Shown here: positions 39,488-49,664 of the stretch, in pieces | How positions within the stretch are numbered: position 1 is the first letter of the stretch | How the letters are laid out: each line of letters starts with the position of its first letter | Origin: Bacteroidales bacterium | GTDB lineage: Bacteria; Bacteroidota; Bacteroidia; Bacteroidales; UBA12077 | Assembly (NCBI GenBank): GCA_041686375.1 | Contig: JAWLEB010000009.1 | Coordinates: 12,424-76,423, forward strand | Reading direction: 5' to 3' | DNA length: 64,000 nt | Translations under genes and position numbers: made by a program | The notes under the pieces: generated by a model | Seen by the model: only the letters and a program-made list of their open reading frames with translations | Told to the model about the DNA's origin: nothing | The model's database searches: none

Positions 39488-41503
<2,016 letters not shown>

Positions 41504-41726
41504 TCAACAAATTTAAGAAGGCTCTTTCAACTTTAAAACAGAATGATGTTATTTTTTATTAATAATTCTTAACCTGCATTAAGCATAAATTTATTTATTT
41601 GGGTAAAGTTAGATTATTAGTTTCATTCTGTAAGATTTATTGCTACAATAAACCAATAGAAGATTACCGCCTGGAAGCCTGTAATCCAGCAAACTTCTTT
41701 TTCTTAATATTTCTTAAATTTTTATC

Positions 41727-41918
41727 CTATTTTTTAAATCTACCCATCAGTTCTGTTTTTTCAATACTGTGTTGTTCTACTTTTTTATCAAATGCTTCCA
41801 TGCTGTTGATTTCTCCCAGTGATTCAACATCAAGGGCATAGAGTCTGAAGTAGTACCTGTGCTCACCGGAAGGCGGGCACGGACCTCCATAATCTTTTTT
41901 ACCAAAATTATTTTTTCC
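41727..41918 (-). pseudogene. C-terminal remnant of a YbhB/YbcL (PEBP) family gene
   Basis: The minus strand reads GKNNFGKKDYGGPCPPSGEHRYYFRLYALDVESLGEINSMEAFDKKVEQHSIEKTELMGRFKK*, which matches the PEBP C-terminal half (compare E. coli YbhB ..FGKTGYDGAAPPKGETHRYIFTVHALD..). It has no start codon and no N-terminal half. It abuts the stop codon of the phosphatase gene in the same frame. Confidence 0.75.
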
Positions 41919-43103
41919 TTAAAGATATTTCAGTGATACCTCTTTTAAAAATTTATTTTCCAGTGTTTGTGCAATTCTTTTGACTACCGTTCTTCGTATT
42001 TCAAGCTCTACAGGTAGGTTGGGATCCTGGTGTGCTTCGTTAATGCGTGTTCCGATAATAAAATGAATTTCATCACTTTCAACAAGTTGCTTGACAATTT
42101 GGTCGGCAGGCCCCTTTTTAAGTGGATAGTTGCTGTTGTATTCATTAAGCATTTCAGCTACTTTGCTAAGTGTTAATATTCCTTCAGTAACTAAATCAAT
42201 ATTATGCATGTAAGATACAGGAGGCAGGTCAGGATCTTCAAATTCAAAGCTATCTTCTATTTCCAGGTTGAGTTCACGGGCAATAATATCTGCAGTTGTT
42301 GCTCCCGAAATAATTTTTCTGCCTTCAAAATTTTTTACTTTTCGTGCTAGCTCTTTATCTTTTTCATTTTCAAAAGGAGGACCGCTGCACAATAAAAGTT
42401 TTCTCGGTTCTCTGAAATATATAACCCCGCAGCTACTATCATCCTTGGCAAAATAACCATCATTTTTGTATGCAACGTTAATTGCTTTATGTGCGAGTTT
42501 AGAAGCGGATAAATCAGGGTTGTTTTTGACCAGCCTTTTTACGAAATCCTGGAAGTTTTCCTGCCCCCAACCGAAAGGATATTTGTCTGTTCCTAATCCT
42601 GACTGGATTATGCCGTCTGAGGAAAAGATAATGCGATCTTCTTTTTGGGGTTTTATATGGCAGGTTTTGAGTTTTTTTCCCTTATGTCTGTCGCTTTGAA
42701 GCGTGATACTTTTCCATTCCGGGCGAAAGATTTTTTCGCCTCTTAAGATAATTGTTTGTGGATTGTCATACTCCAGAATTGTTGTATCGCCATTATAATC
42801 AACGTCTATGATTGTGAAAGTCGCATAGCTTATTCTTCTTTTATTGTCTTCCGGCAGTGTGTTCATAATGATTTCGGCAATCGTCTGAACGTCCTTGTGT
42901 TCTTTGGTAAAGTTTATGGCCATTGTGGCAGTTAAGGTAGCAAGAACGTTTGCCTTTACACCATGGCCTAAACCATCGGAAAGAACCAGTATCAACCTGT
43001 TTTCTTCCTTAATTTTCTCCGAAAGAAAAACATCACCGCAAATGCGTTCTTCTTCATGGCTTTTTTGTTTTATGCCGACTTCTATATGAAAATCCTGATT
43101 CAT
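41919..43103 (-). CDS. PP2C/SpoIIE-family protein phosphatase with an uncharacterised C-terminal domain
   Basis: N-terminal CGDVF...VLSDGLGHGVKA...FSSDGI motifs of SpoIIE/PP2C. It overlaps hydS by 4 nt. Confidence 0.75.
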   Translation of the reverse strand: MNQDFHIEVGIKQKSHEEERICGDVFLSEKIKEENRLILVLSDGLGHGVKANVLATLTATMAINFTKEHKDVQTIAEIIMNTLPEDNKRRISYATFTIIDVDYNGDTTILEYDNPQTIILRGEKIFRPEWKSITLQSDRHKGKKLKTCHIKPQKEDRIIFSSDGIIQSGLGTDKYPFGWGQENFQDFVKRLVKNNPDLSASKLAHKAINVAYKNDGYFAKDDSSCGVIYFREPRKLLLCSGPPFENEKDKELARKVKNFEGRKIISGATTADIIARELNLEIEDSFEFEDPDLPPVSYMHNIDLVTEGILTLSKVAEMLNEYNSNYPLKKGPADQIVKQLVESDEIHFIIGTRINEAHQDPNLPVELEIRRTVVKRIAQTLENKFLKEVSLKYL

Positions 43104-44962
43104 TTTTTCTTTTTCTTATCGGATTGATAAAATTCTATGATTGAATTGAGCATTTGTTCGGTTTCAGAAGCCCCTTCACCCAGCAGATAGCCTATTTTTT
43201 GAACCATCTCAAGATTTTTATCAATGGCTTCAGTCACCCTTTTGATAACCTGCTCTTTTCTGATTTCAGGGGAATACATATCTCTGAATACAGCACCAAC
43301 AATCTTTCCTTTTCGGATTGTAAAAATTGACAGATTTAATAATTTGTCCTCAAAATGTATATCTCTATTGACAATGTTTTGGTGATTTTTTAATACATGT
43401 GAAAAGAGGTTGTAAACGTTATGTGGCAGGAGCGTTTTCAAATCTGCGCCAACCAGCCCGGGGATAACTTCATTGATTGATTCGGCTTCTTCTCCGAGAT
43501 ATTCTATAAAAGTCTCATTGGACTGGATGATTTTCATTTCTTTGTCGATGATAACCACAGCAGAAGGAAGTTTTTGCAGCATTGCATTGATGGTTTCCGA
43601 AGCTTCCTTGGCAGTTTGTTTCTCTTTCCTGGCCTTTTGTTCTGATTCCTTAAGTTTTGTTTGCGTTTGAGAGAGCTTCTCATTTGTTGTTCGCAGTGCT
43701 TTAATGTATTCATGACGATTGCGCAGCGTATAACTCAGGCACATCTCAGTTTTTGCAAGTCCTTTGGAAACGGCAATTGCAAAATCCCGGCACGATGGAT
43801 ATCCGCATGCTCTGCATCCACTATTGACATCTGAGTTTTCTTTGCCTATGGCCTTTAGAACTTCCTGTATTTTTTCTTCTGAAGGAGTCTCAATGCGTTG
43901 ATCGTTTTCATGGAAATCCCGGGTAAAATCCATTTCCATGTATCTTTCTATTTCTTCTTTCCATTGATCATAATTAAAATTTTTCAGTCGCTTATTGACA
44001 TAATCGATTACCCTTGAACGACGCAGGAATTTTTTTCCGCCCGGAGATGTACCCGGACCCATTATGCAGCCCTCGCAGTAGAATAGATTAAAGTGTCGCT
44101 TAATCTGCACTATGTTTTGATCAAATTGCCTGGCTGCATTTAACATGCTTTTTTTCCCTTCGGCTGTAGTAACCGTTCCTTGAAGTAAACTTTCACTAAT
44201 GTCTGCTGCTTGCAGAATTCCATTGCTTATTGGGAACAGAGACCCTTTATAGCCAATGGGAGAGTCAAAGTCAGAATACTCCAGTCTGCTCTCCTGAATA
44301 TTGAATTCCCTGAACAGCTCTCTGAGTTCAACAAAGGTCAGTACGGAGTCAATTTTCCGGTTACCATCATATAAGTTTGCTTCGTCCTTTGAATCCAAAC
44401 ACGGACCAATATATACCACATGGATATTTTCGCCATATAGTTTTCTTACCACCATTGCAGTGGCTACCATGGGAGACACCAGTGGAGCAAGATTATTAAC
44501 CAGATCAGGATGGAATTTTTCTATGAAGGCAACAACAGCAGGACAATTAGAAGTGATATAATATTTGCCCCTGAAAGACTCAAAGAGTTCTTTATACTTT
44601 AAGGCTACCAGATCGGCTCCGAAAGATACTTCATTTACCTTGTCAAATCCCAGTTGCTTGATCATCTGGACGAATTTCCGGTAGTCTGTAATATCATCAA
44701 ACTCACCGGAGATACTTGGAGCTACTATGGCTACTTTTTGCTTGTCCGAGCTCAGGAGTTTTTTTGTTTCTTCTTTAGAATTTTTATAAACAATGGCATT
44801 TTCCGGGCATGCACGTATGCAGCTTCCGCATGCAATGCATCGTTCCGGGATTATTCTTGCATAATCTTTGTTAACCTTAACTTCTATGGCATTAACGGGG
44901 CATTCTCTGACACAGGAATAGCTAAGGTTGCATCTTTCTTTAATGATTTGGACTAGTGACAT
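43100..44962 (-). CDS. hydS: sensory-type [FeFe]-hydrogenase-like protein with a C-terminal PAS domain
   Basis: Two ferredoxin CX2CX2CX3CP motifs. The H-domain motifs are altered (TSNCPAV, IGPCLDSKDE, FYCEGCIMGPG). It also has an extra CRACGYPSC...C motif, a coiled linker and a PAS-like C-terminus. Confidence 0.75.
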   Translation of the reverse strand: MSLVQIIKERCNLSYSCVRECPVNAIEVKVNKDYARIIPERCIACGSCIRACPENAIVYKNSKEETKKLLSSDKQKVAIVAPSISGEFDDITDYRKFVQMIKQLGFDKVNEVSFGADLVALKYKELFESFRGKYYITSNCPAVVAFIEKFHPDLVNNLAPLVSPMVATAMVVRKLYGENIHVVYIGPCLDSKDEANLYDGNRKIDSVLTFVELRELFREFNIQESRLEYSDFDSPIGYKGSLFPISNGILQAADISESLLQGTVTTAEGKKSMLNAARQFDQNIVQIKRHFNLFYCEGCIMGPGTSPGGKKFLRRSRVIDYVNKRLKNFNYDQWKEEIERYMEMDFTRDFHENDQRIETPSEEKIQEVLKAIGKENSDVNSGCRACGYPSCRDFAIAVSKGLAKTEMCLSYTLRNRHEYIKALRTTNEKLSQTQTKLKESEQKARKEKQTAKEASETINAMLQKLPSAVVIIDKEMKIIQSNETFIEYLGEEAESINEVIPGLVGADLKTLLPHNVYNLFSHVLKNHQNIVNRDIHFEDKLLNLSIFTIRKGKIVGAVFRDMYSPEIRKEQVIKRVTEAIDKNLEMVQKIGYLLGEGASETEQMLNSIIEFYQSDKKKKK

Positions 44963-44988
44963 ATATCTTATTGTTAATATCTTCTTTT

Positions 44989-45258
44989 TTAGAGGTATTT
45001 ATGGAAAATTTCGTCCAGGATATTTATAAGCCTGTCGGAATTTACTTCTGTGTATATTTTGTTTTCAAATTTAATAACGGGGCCTTCATTGCATTTATTG
45101 ACGCAGTGCGTACCGCAAAAGTGCACTTTATCTTCCAACTGATGCTCTTTTATGTAATTTTTTATAACCTGGACAGCTTCCTTGTTGCCTCTGGAAAAGC
45201 AAGCGCTCCCTAAACAAATTATAAGTTCCTTTTTATGGATTTTGTTTCTCTCTGACAT
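44989..45258 (-). CDS. thioredoxin-like [2Fe-2S] ferredoxin
   Basis: 89 aa. ICLGSACFSRG...FCGTHCVNKCNEGP gives the CX3C...CX3C pattern of Trx-like Fd. It is the first gene of the hydS operon. Confidence 0.7.
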   Translation of the reverse strand: MSERNKIHKKELIICLGSACFSRGNKEAVQVIKNYIKEHQLEDKVHFCGTHCVNKCNEGPVIKFENKIYTEVNSDRLINILDEIFHKYL

Positions 45259-45287
45259 AGGTTGAAAATCTAAATGAATAAAATTAG

Positions 45288-45402
45288 GAAACTGTTTTGA
45301 TTTTGTCCTGCTTTAACAAATTAGTTTTATTTATAGCCCCCTGTGGTAAAGCCTAATTATCTGTTCGATTTCTAAAAATTTGGTAAAGCAAAATTTCTAA
45401 AA
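45288..45402. repeat. 115-nt bipartite element, copy 1 (conserved 21-nt and 28-nt ends, unrelated 66-nt centre)
   Basis: GAAACTGTTTTGATTTTGTCC (45288-45308) and AAAATTTGGTAAAGCAAAATTTCTAAAA (45375-45402) recur identically at 62186-62206 and 62273-62300 with the same spacing. Confidence 0.7.
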
Positions 45403-45443
45403 TAATAGTTTTTATAAAACTAAACAATAATTTATTATTTTTA

Positions 45444-45496
45444 TTGTTATAAAATTAACAATGTTTGCAAAATAACAATATATTTTTGTAATTTTG
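45444..45496 (+). promoter_or_regulatory. Rex-like operator abutting a Bacteroidota-type promoter of hydrogenase locus 2
   Basis: TTGTTA-TAAAAT-TAACAA (45444-45461) has perfect half-sites. TTTG is at 45464-45467 and TAATTTTG is at 45489-45496, 21 nt apart. The hydC ATG is at 45514. Confidence 0.55.
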
Positions 45497-45513
45497 TACG
45501 ATTAATATTATTT

Positions 45514-45975
45514 ATGAAAACAATTGCGAAAATAATAGAAAATTATCCATTTGCCCGGAGGGAAAACTTAATTCCTATACTTCAGGATATACAGGATGAA
45601 TACGGATACCTGACGGAAGATGCTATTAAAGAACTTGGAAAATTCCTTGATGTTCCGACAAGTAAAATATACAGCCTGGCAACATTTTACAGTAAGTTCA
45701 GATTTCATCCGGCAGGGACATATCATTTGAAATTATGCCGCGGCATCTCATGCCATTTAAAGGGTTCTACAAATATTTTGAACGCTATAGAGCAGAAGTT
45801 GGGCATTCAAGATGGTGAATCAACACCTGATGGGCTCTTTAGTCTTGAAGTTGTTGCATGCATGGGGGCATGTGCATTTGGACCTGTTTTGAAAATTAAT
45901 GAGTACTATTATACTGAAATGGATGAAGATCGCCTCGATGAAATTATTGAATATTATAAAGAATACGAAGAGTAA
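45514..45975 (+). CDS. hydC: NuoE-like [2Fe-2S] hydrogenase subunit (locus 2)
   Basis: 153 aa. LCRGISCH...ACMGACAFGP. Confidence 0.85.
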   Translation: MKTIAKIIENYPFARRENLIPILQDIQDEYGYLTEDAIKELGKFLDVPTSKIYSLATFYSKFRFHPAGTYHLKLCRGISCHLKGSTNILNAIEQKLGIQDGESTPDGLFSLEVVACMGACAFGPVLKINEYYYTEMDEDRLDEIIEYYKEYEE

Positions 45976-45981
45976 AAATTT

Positions 45982-47928
45982 ATGGAAACAGTAGGTCCTT
46001 CAACATATAAAGATGTATTGATTAATGAAATCTTAGGTCAACCACAGGAAAAGATTAATCAATATCAAAATATTCTTGAAAAAATTTTACGGAACAAAAT
46101 TGATAGAACCTGTATTTCATTAACTTATACATCTTCCAGTATCATTGCCGGAGCAAAGGAGTCTTTTAAGACTATTGATACCTATCTTGAAGAAAGGGAC
46201 ATGGATGTGGATCTTTTTAAAGTTGGTTCAACCGGTTTATGTGCATTAGAACCATTTATGGAGGTTCAGTTACCGGGTAAAGCCAAAATTCTCTTTTCCA
46301 GGGTTACCGCTGATAAAGTTAATCATATTCTGGATGCTGTTTTTAATAGCTATTTGCCAGAAGAAAATGTGTTTGGGCAATATGAAAATAAATTGCATGA
46401 ACCTTGGGAAAATGTGCCGTACGTCCATGAGCATCCGTTTTTTGCAGGACAAAAACGATATATTCTTAAAAACTGCGGAATAATAAATCCTGAGTCGATT
46501 AATGAATATATTGCCGGGGGTGGTTATCAAAATTTTATGAAGACTATCCGAAATTATACGCCAGAAGAAATATGTGATTTGATAACCAATGCTGAACTAA
46601 GAGGCAGAGGAGGAGAAGGATATCCAACCGGGAAGAAATGGAAAAATACTTTGAATACATCCGGAGAACAGCGTTATCTTATTTGTAATGCCGGTGAAAG
46701 CGATCCCGGTGCATTCATGGAACGTACAATAATGGAAAGTGATCCGCATAATGTTATAGAATCGGTTGCTATTGCTTCATATGCTGTTGGTGCTCAAAAG
46801 GCAATTGTGTATCTGGAGTCGGAATATGATTTGGCCTATAAGAGATTGAGCAAAGCGATAGAACTTGCTAAATCATGTGGAATACTGGGACATGATATTT
46901 TCAATAGCGGATTTAGTTTAAATATAAGTATTTTCAGGGGAGCTGGCGCTTATGTTTGTGGTGAGGAAACGGCCTTAATTGCCAGTATGGAGGGGAAGCG
47001 GGGGATGCCAAGAACCAAACCGCCTTATCCTTCTCAAAAGGGTTTTACAGGCCAACCGACTGCATTAAATAATCTGGAAACATTATTAAATGTTCTTGTT
47101 GTTCTGAAGAATGGACCGGATAGGTACAAAGAGACAGGTACAGAAAACAGCAGGGGAACTAAAATCTTTTCATTATCAGGAAATATTGAGCGCACGGGTA
47201 TGATTGAAATACCTATGGGAAAGCCGATACGTGACATTATCTATAAAATTGGTGGTGGTTTACCGGATTATAGTGAGTTGAAAGGGGTCCTTGCAGGAGG
47301 TCCGGCAGGAGGAATTATAAAATACGAACATCTTGATACCCAGATTGATTATAAGAGTATAAGAGAGCTTGGATGTTCTCTGGGTTCAGGGGGATTGGTG
47401 GTGCTGGATCAAAACAATTGCATTATTGATACAGTAAAATATTATATGAGCTACCTGGAACAGGAGAGCTGTGGTAAATGTATTCCCTGCCGGGAAGGAA
47501 CAGCACGGATGCATGAGATTCTGGAAAACATTTCAAAAAAGCCACAGGATGAGAATGGTCATACTACCCTTCAGCGTTTTAAAGGCGTCATGCATCTCGA
47601 AAAGCTTGCGGAGGTTATCAGGGATACATCATTATGCGGTCTCGGGCAAAGAGCTGCAAATCCGGTTCTATCCACATTGCGCTGGTTCAGGGATGAATAT
47701 GAAGAGCATATATTTGACAGAAATTGTCAAGCTGGCATTTGTCGGGATTTAAGAACATATTACATCGATGTGGATAAATGTACCGGCTGTGCTATTTGTG
47801 CCAAGAAATGCCCGACAGGGGCAATATTTGGAACATTGAAAAAGGCTCATTTCATTGTACAGGAAAAGTGTATTGGCTGTGGTGAATGTTATGAGGTATG
47901 CAAGTTTAATGCTATTATCACTCAATAA
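45982..47928 (+). CDS. hydB: NuoF-like hydrogenase flavoprotein subunit, divergent (locus 2)
   Basis: GRGGEGYPTG, CNAGESDPGAF (NADE changed to NAGE), ESCGKCIPCR...LCGLGQ, and two C-terminal ferredoxin motifs. The N-terminal Trx-like domain keeps only 2 of 4 Cys. Confidence 0.8.
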   Translation: METVGPSTYKDVLINEILGQPQEKINQYQNILEKILRNKIDRTCISLTYTSSSIIAGAKESFKTIDTYLEERDMDVDLFKVGSTGLCALEPFMEVQLPGKAKILFSRVTADKVNHILDAVFNSYLPEENVFGQYENKLHEPWENVPYVHEHPFFAGQKRYILKNCGIINPESINEYIAGGGYQNFMKTIRNYTPEEICDLITNAELRGRGGEGYPTGKKWKNTLNTSGEQRYLICNAGESDPGAFMERTIMESDPHNVIESVAIASYAVGAQKAIVYLESEYDLAYKRLSKAIELAKSCGILGHDIFNSGFSLNISIFRGAGAYVCGEETALIASMEGKRGMPRTKPPYPSQKGFTGQPTALNNLETLLNVLVVLKNGPDRYKETGTENSRGTKIFSLSGNIERTGMIEIPMGKPIRDIIYKIGGGLPDYSELKGVLAGGPAGGIIKYEHLDTQIDYKSIRELGCSLGSGGLVVLDQNNCIIDTVKYYMSYLEQESCGKCIPCREGTARMHEILENISKKPQDENGHTTLQRFKGVMHLEKLAEVIRDTSLCGLGQRAANPVLSTLRWFRDEYEEHIFDRNCQAGICRDLRTYYIDVDKCTGCAICAKKCPTGAIFGTLKKAHFIVQEKCIGCGECYEVCKFNAIITQ

Positions 47929-47939
47929 AAAAGCTGAGA

Positions 47940-49664
47940 ATGTACATTGATATAGAAGTAAATAATAAAACAATTCATGCAAAAAAGGGAGATACCATCT
48001 TAGAGGCATTACGGGAAAACGGCATCTACGTTCCTACCCTTTGTAACTTAAGCGAATTTTCACCGACTGGGGCATGCCGGTTATGTGTTGTTGAGGTTGA
48101 GGGGAAAGAGCGACTTGTTACAGCCTGCAGTTATCCCATTGAGGAGTGGTTAAGAATTAGAACGCATTCTCCACGGGTGATAGAAGCAAGAAGAATGATT
48201 GTGGAACTATTGCTGTCTAATCATCCTGAGGATTGTCTCTATTGTGAAAGAAACAATAAGTGCGAACTGCAGAAACTTGCACAGGAATTGAATTTGCGCG
48301 AAAGACGAATTACCGGAAAGAAAAATAGGGGCAAACTTGACCTTTCCAGTCCCGGTTTGGTGTATGAGCCTGCCAAGTGTGTCCTTTGTGGCCGATGTGT
48401 CAGAGTATGTGAGGGAAAAGAACGCGTATCAACACTTGAATTTACCGGAAAGGGGAATTTTACTTCCATTTCAACTACCATGAAGAAGGATTTGAATTTT
48501 TCCAATTGCTTACATTGTGGACAATGCATACTTGTTTGTCCCACAGGAGCTTTGCAGGAAAAATCCTATTTTGAACCTATACAGGAGGCACTTTCTAAAG
48601 AAAATGTTACTGTGGTTGCCCAATATAGTCCGTCAGTTGCTGTATCTCTTGCTGATGGATTTAATATGCGCTCGGGAAAAGATATGTCTGGGTTAATAAA
48701 TAGTGCATTACGAAAAATAGGATTTGATAAAATTTTTGACAATAGTTTTGGAACTGATGTTTATCTCATTGAAGAGGCTGCAGAATTAGCTAACAGAATG
48801 GATAAAGAAGAAAACTTACCTATGCTGAGCAGCTCTTGTCCTGCCTGGATAAAATACATGGAACAAGCGCATCCTGATCTTTTATCGTTCATTTCCACGG
48901 TTAAATCACCTGAGCAGTTAACCGGATCACTCATAAAGCAATATTGCCTTGATAGTGAAGATAGAGCGAATAATGATATTTTTACAGTTGCTATAGTCCC
49001 GTGTCCGGCTAAAAAATTTGAGGCGCAGCGGGAGGAAATGACAAATAAAGGAATTTCCGATATTGATGCCGTGATGACTACCCACGAATTAGCCAGATTA
49101 ATACAGCTTTATGGAATTGATATTGAGAATATTGATCCGGAAGAATCGGATAAGCCTTTTAATATCAGTAGTTCTTCTGCTAAGTTACCGGCAGCAATAG
49201 GGGGAACTTCCGAAGCGCTTTTAAGAACCATCAATTATAATCTGACGAACAAAGATCTATCTTCGGCTAAAATTTCAAAGCTACGGGGGAGTAAAGAGAT
49301 GAAACAAACAAAATTAATTATAGAAGATAGAACAATAAATGTGATTTCTGTCAGTCCTATTGCCAATATTGAGAAACTAGTGGACGAGATACGAAAAAAT
49401 GACTCAGAGTATCAATATATTGAAGTTATGGCTTGTCCGGGTGGCTGTGTGAATGGAGGCGGACAGCCTGTTCTAAAAAACATTAAGAATCTACGCGACA
49501 GAATTAAAGCCGTGCAGAATATTGATGAGAAAAGTTCTCAGCGTTTTGCACACAGAAATACAGGTGCCTGGCGTTTTATTGAAGAAAAATTTGAAAAACC
49601 TTATAGCGAAACAGCATTAAAAATATTGCATACCCACTATTCAAAAAGGGATGTGTTATTGTGA
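47940..49664 (+). CDS. hydA: [FeFe]-hydrogenase-like large subunit, M3 architecture, with non-canonical H-cluster environment (locus 2)
   Basis: Full N-terminal FeS motifs. L1 is LSSSCPAW (Ser299 codon TCT at 48834-48836), L2 is IVPCPAKKFE (Val353 codon GTC at 48996-48998), and L3 is canonical (EVMACPGGCVNGGGQP). Confidence 0.8.
   Translation: MYIDIEVNNKTIHAKKGDTILEALRENGIYVPTLCNLSEFSPTGACRLCVVEVEGKERLVTACSYPIEEWLRIRTHSPRVIEARRMIVELLLSNHPEDCLYCERNNKCELQKLAQELNLRERRITGKKNRGKLDLSSPGLVYEPAKCVLCGRCVRVCEGKERVSTLEFTGKGNFTSISTTMKKDLNFSNCLHCGQCILVCPTGALQEKSYFEPIQEALSKENVTVVAQYSPSVAVSLADGFNMRSGKDMSGLINSALRKIGFDKIFDNSFGTDVYLIEEAAELANRMDKEENLPMLSSSCPAWIKYMEQAHPDLLSFISTVKSPEQLTGSLIKQYCLDSEDRANNDIFTVAIVPCPAKKFEAQREEMTNKGISDIDAVMTTHELARLIQLYGIDIENIDPEESDKPFNISSSSAKLPAAIGGTSEALLRTINYNLTNKDLSSAKISKLRGSKEMKQTKLIIEDRTINVISVSPIANIEKLVDEIRKNDSEYQYIEVMACPGGCVNGGGQPVLKNIKNLRDRIKAVQNIDEKSSQRFAHRNTGAWRFIEEKFEKPYSETALKILHTHYSKRDVLL

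Noticed and set aside
41599-41841. 80-aa plus-strand ORF in the ligA / phosphatase intergenic region.
   Set aside because: It is the antisense frame of the PEBP C-terminal remnant (41727..41918, minus strand), which has an unmistakable family match. The plus-strand product has no recognisable features.
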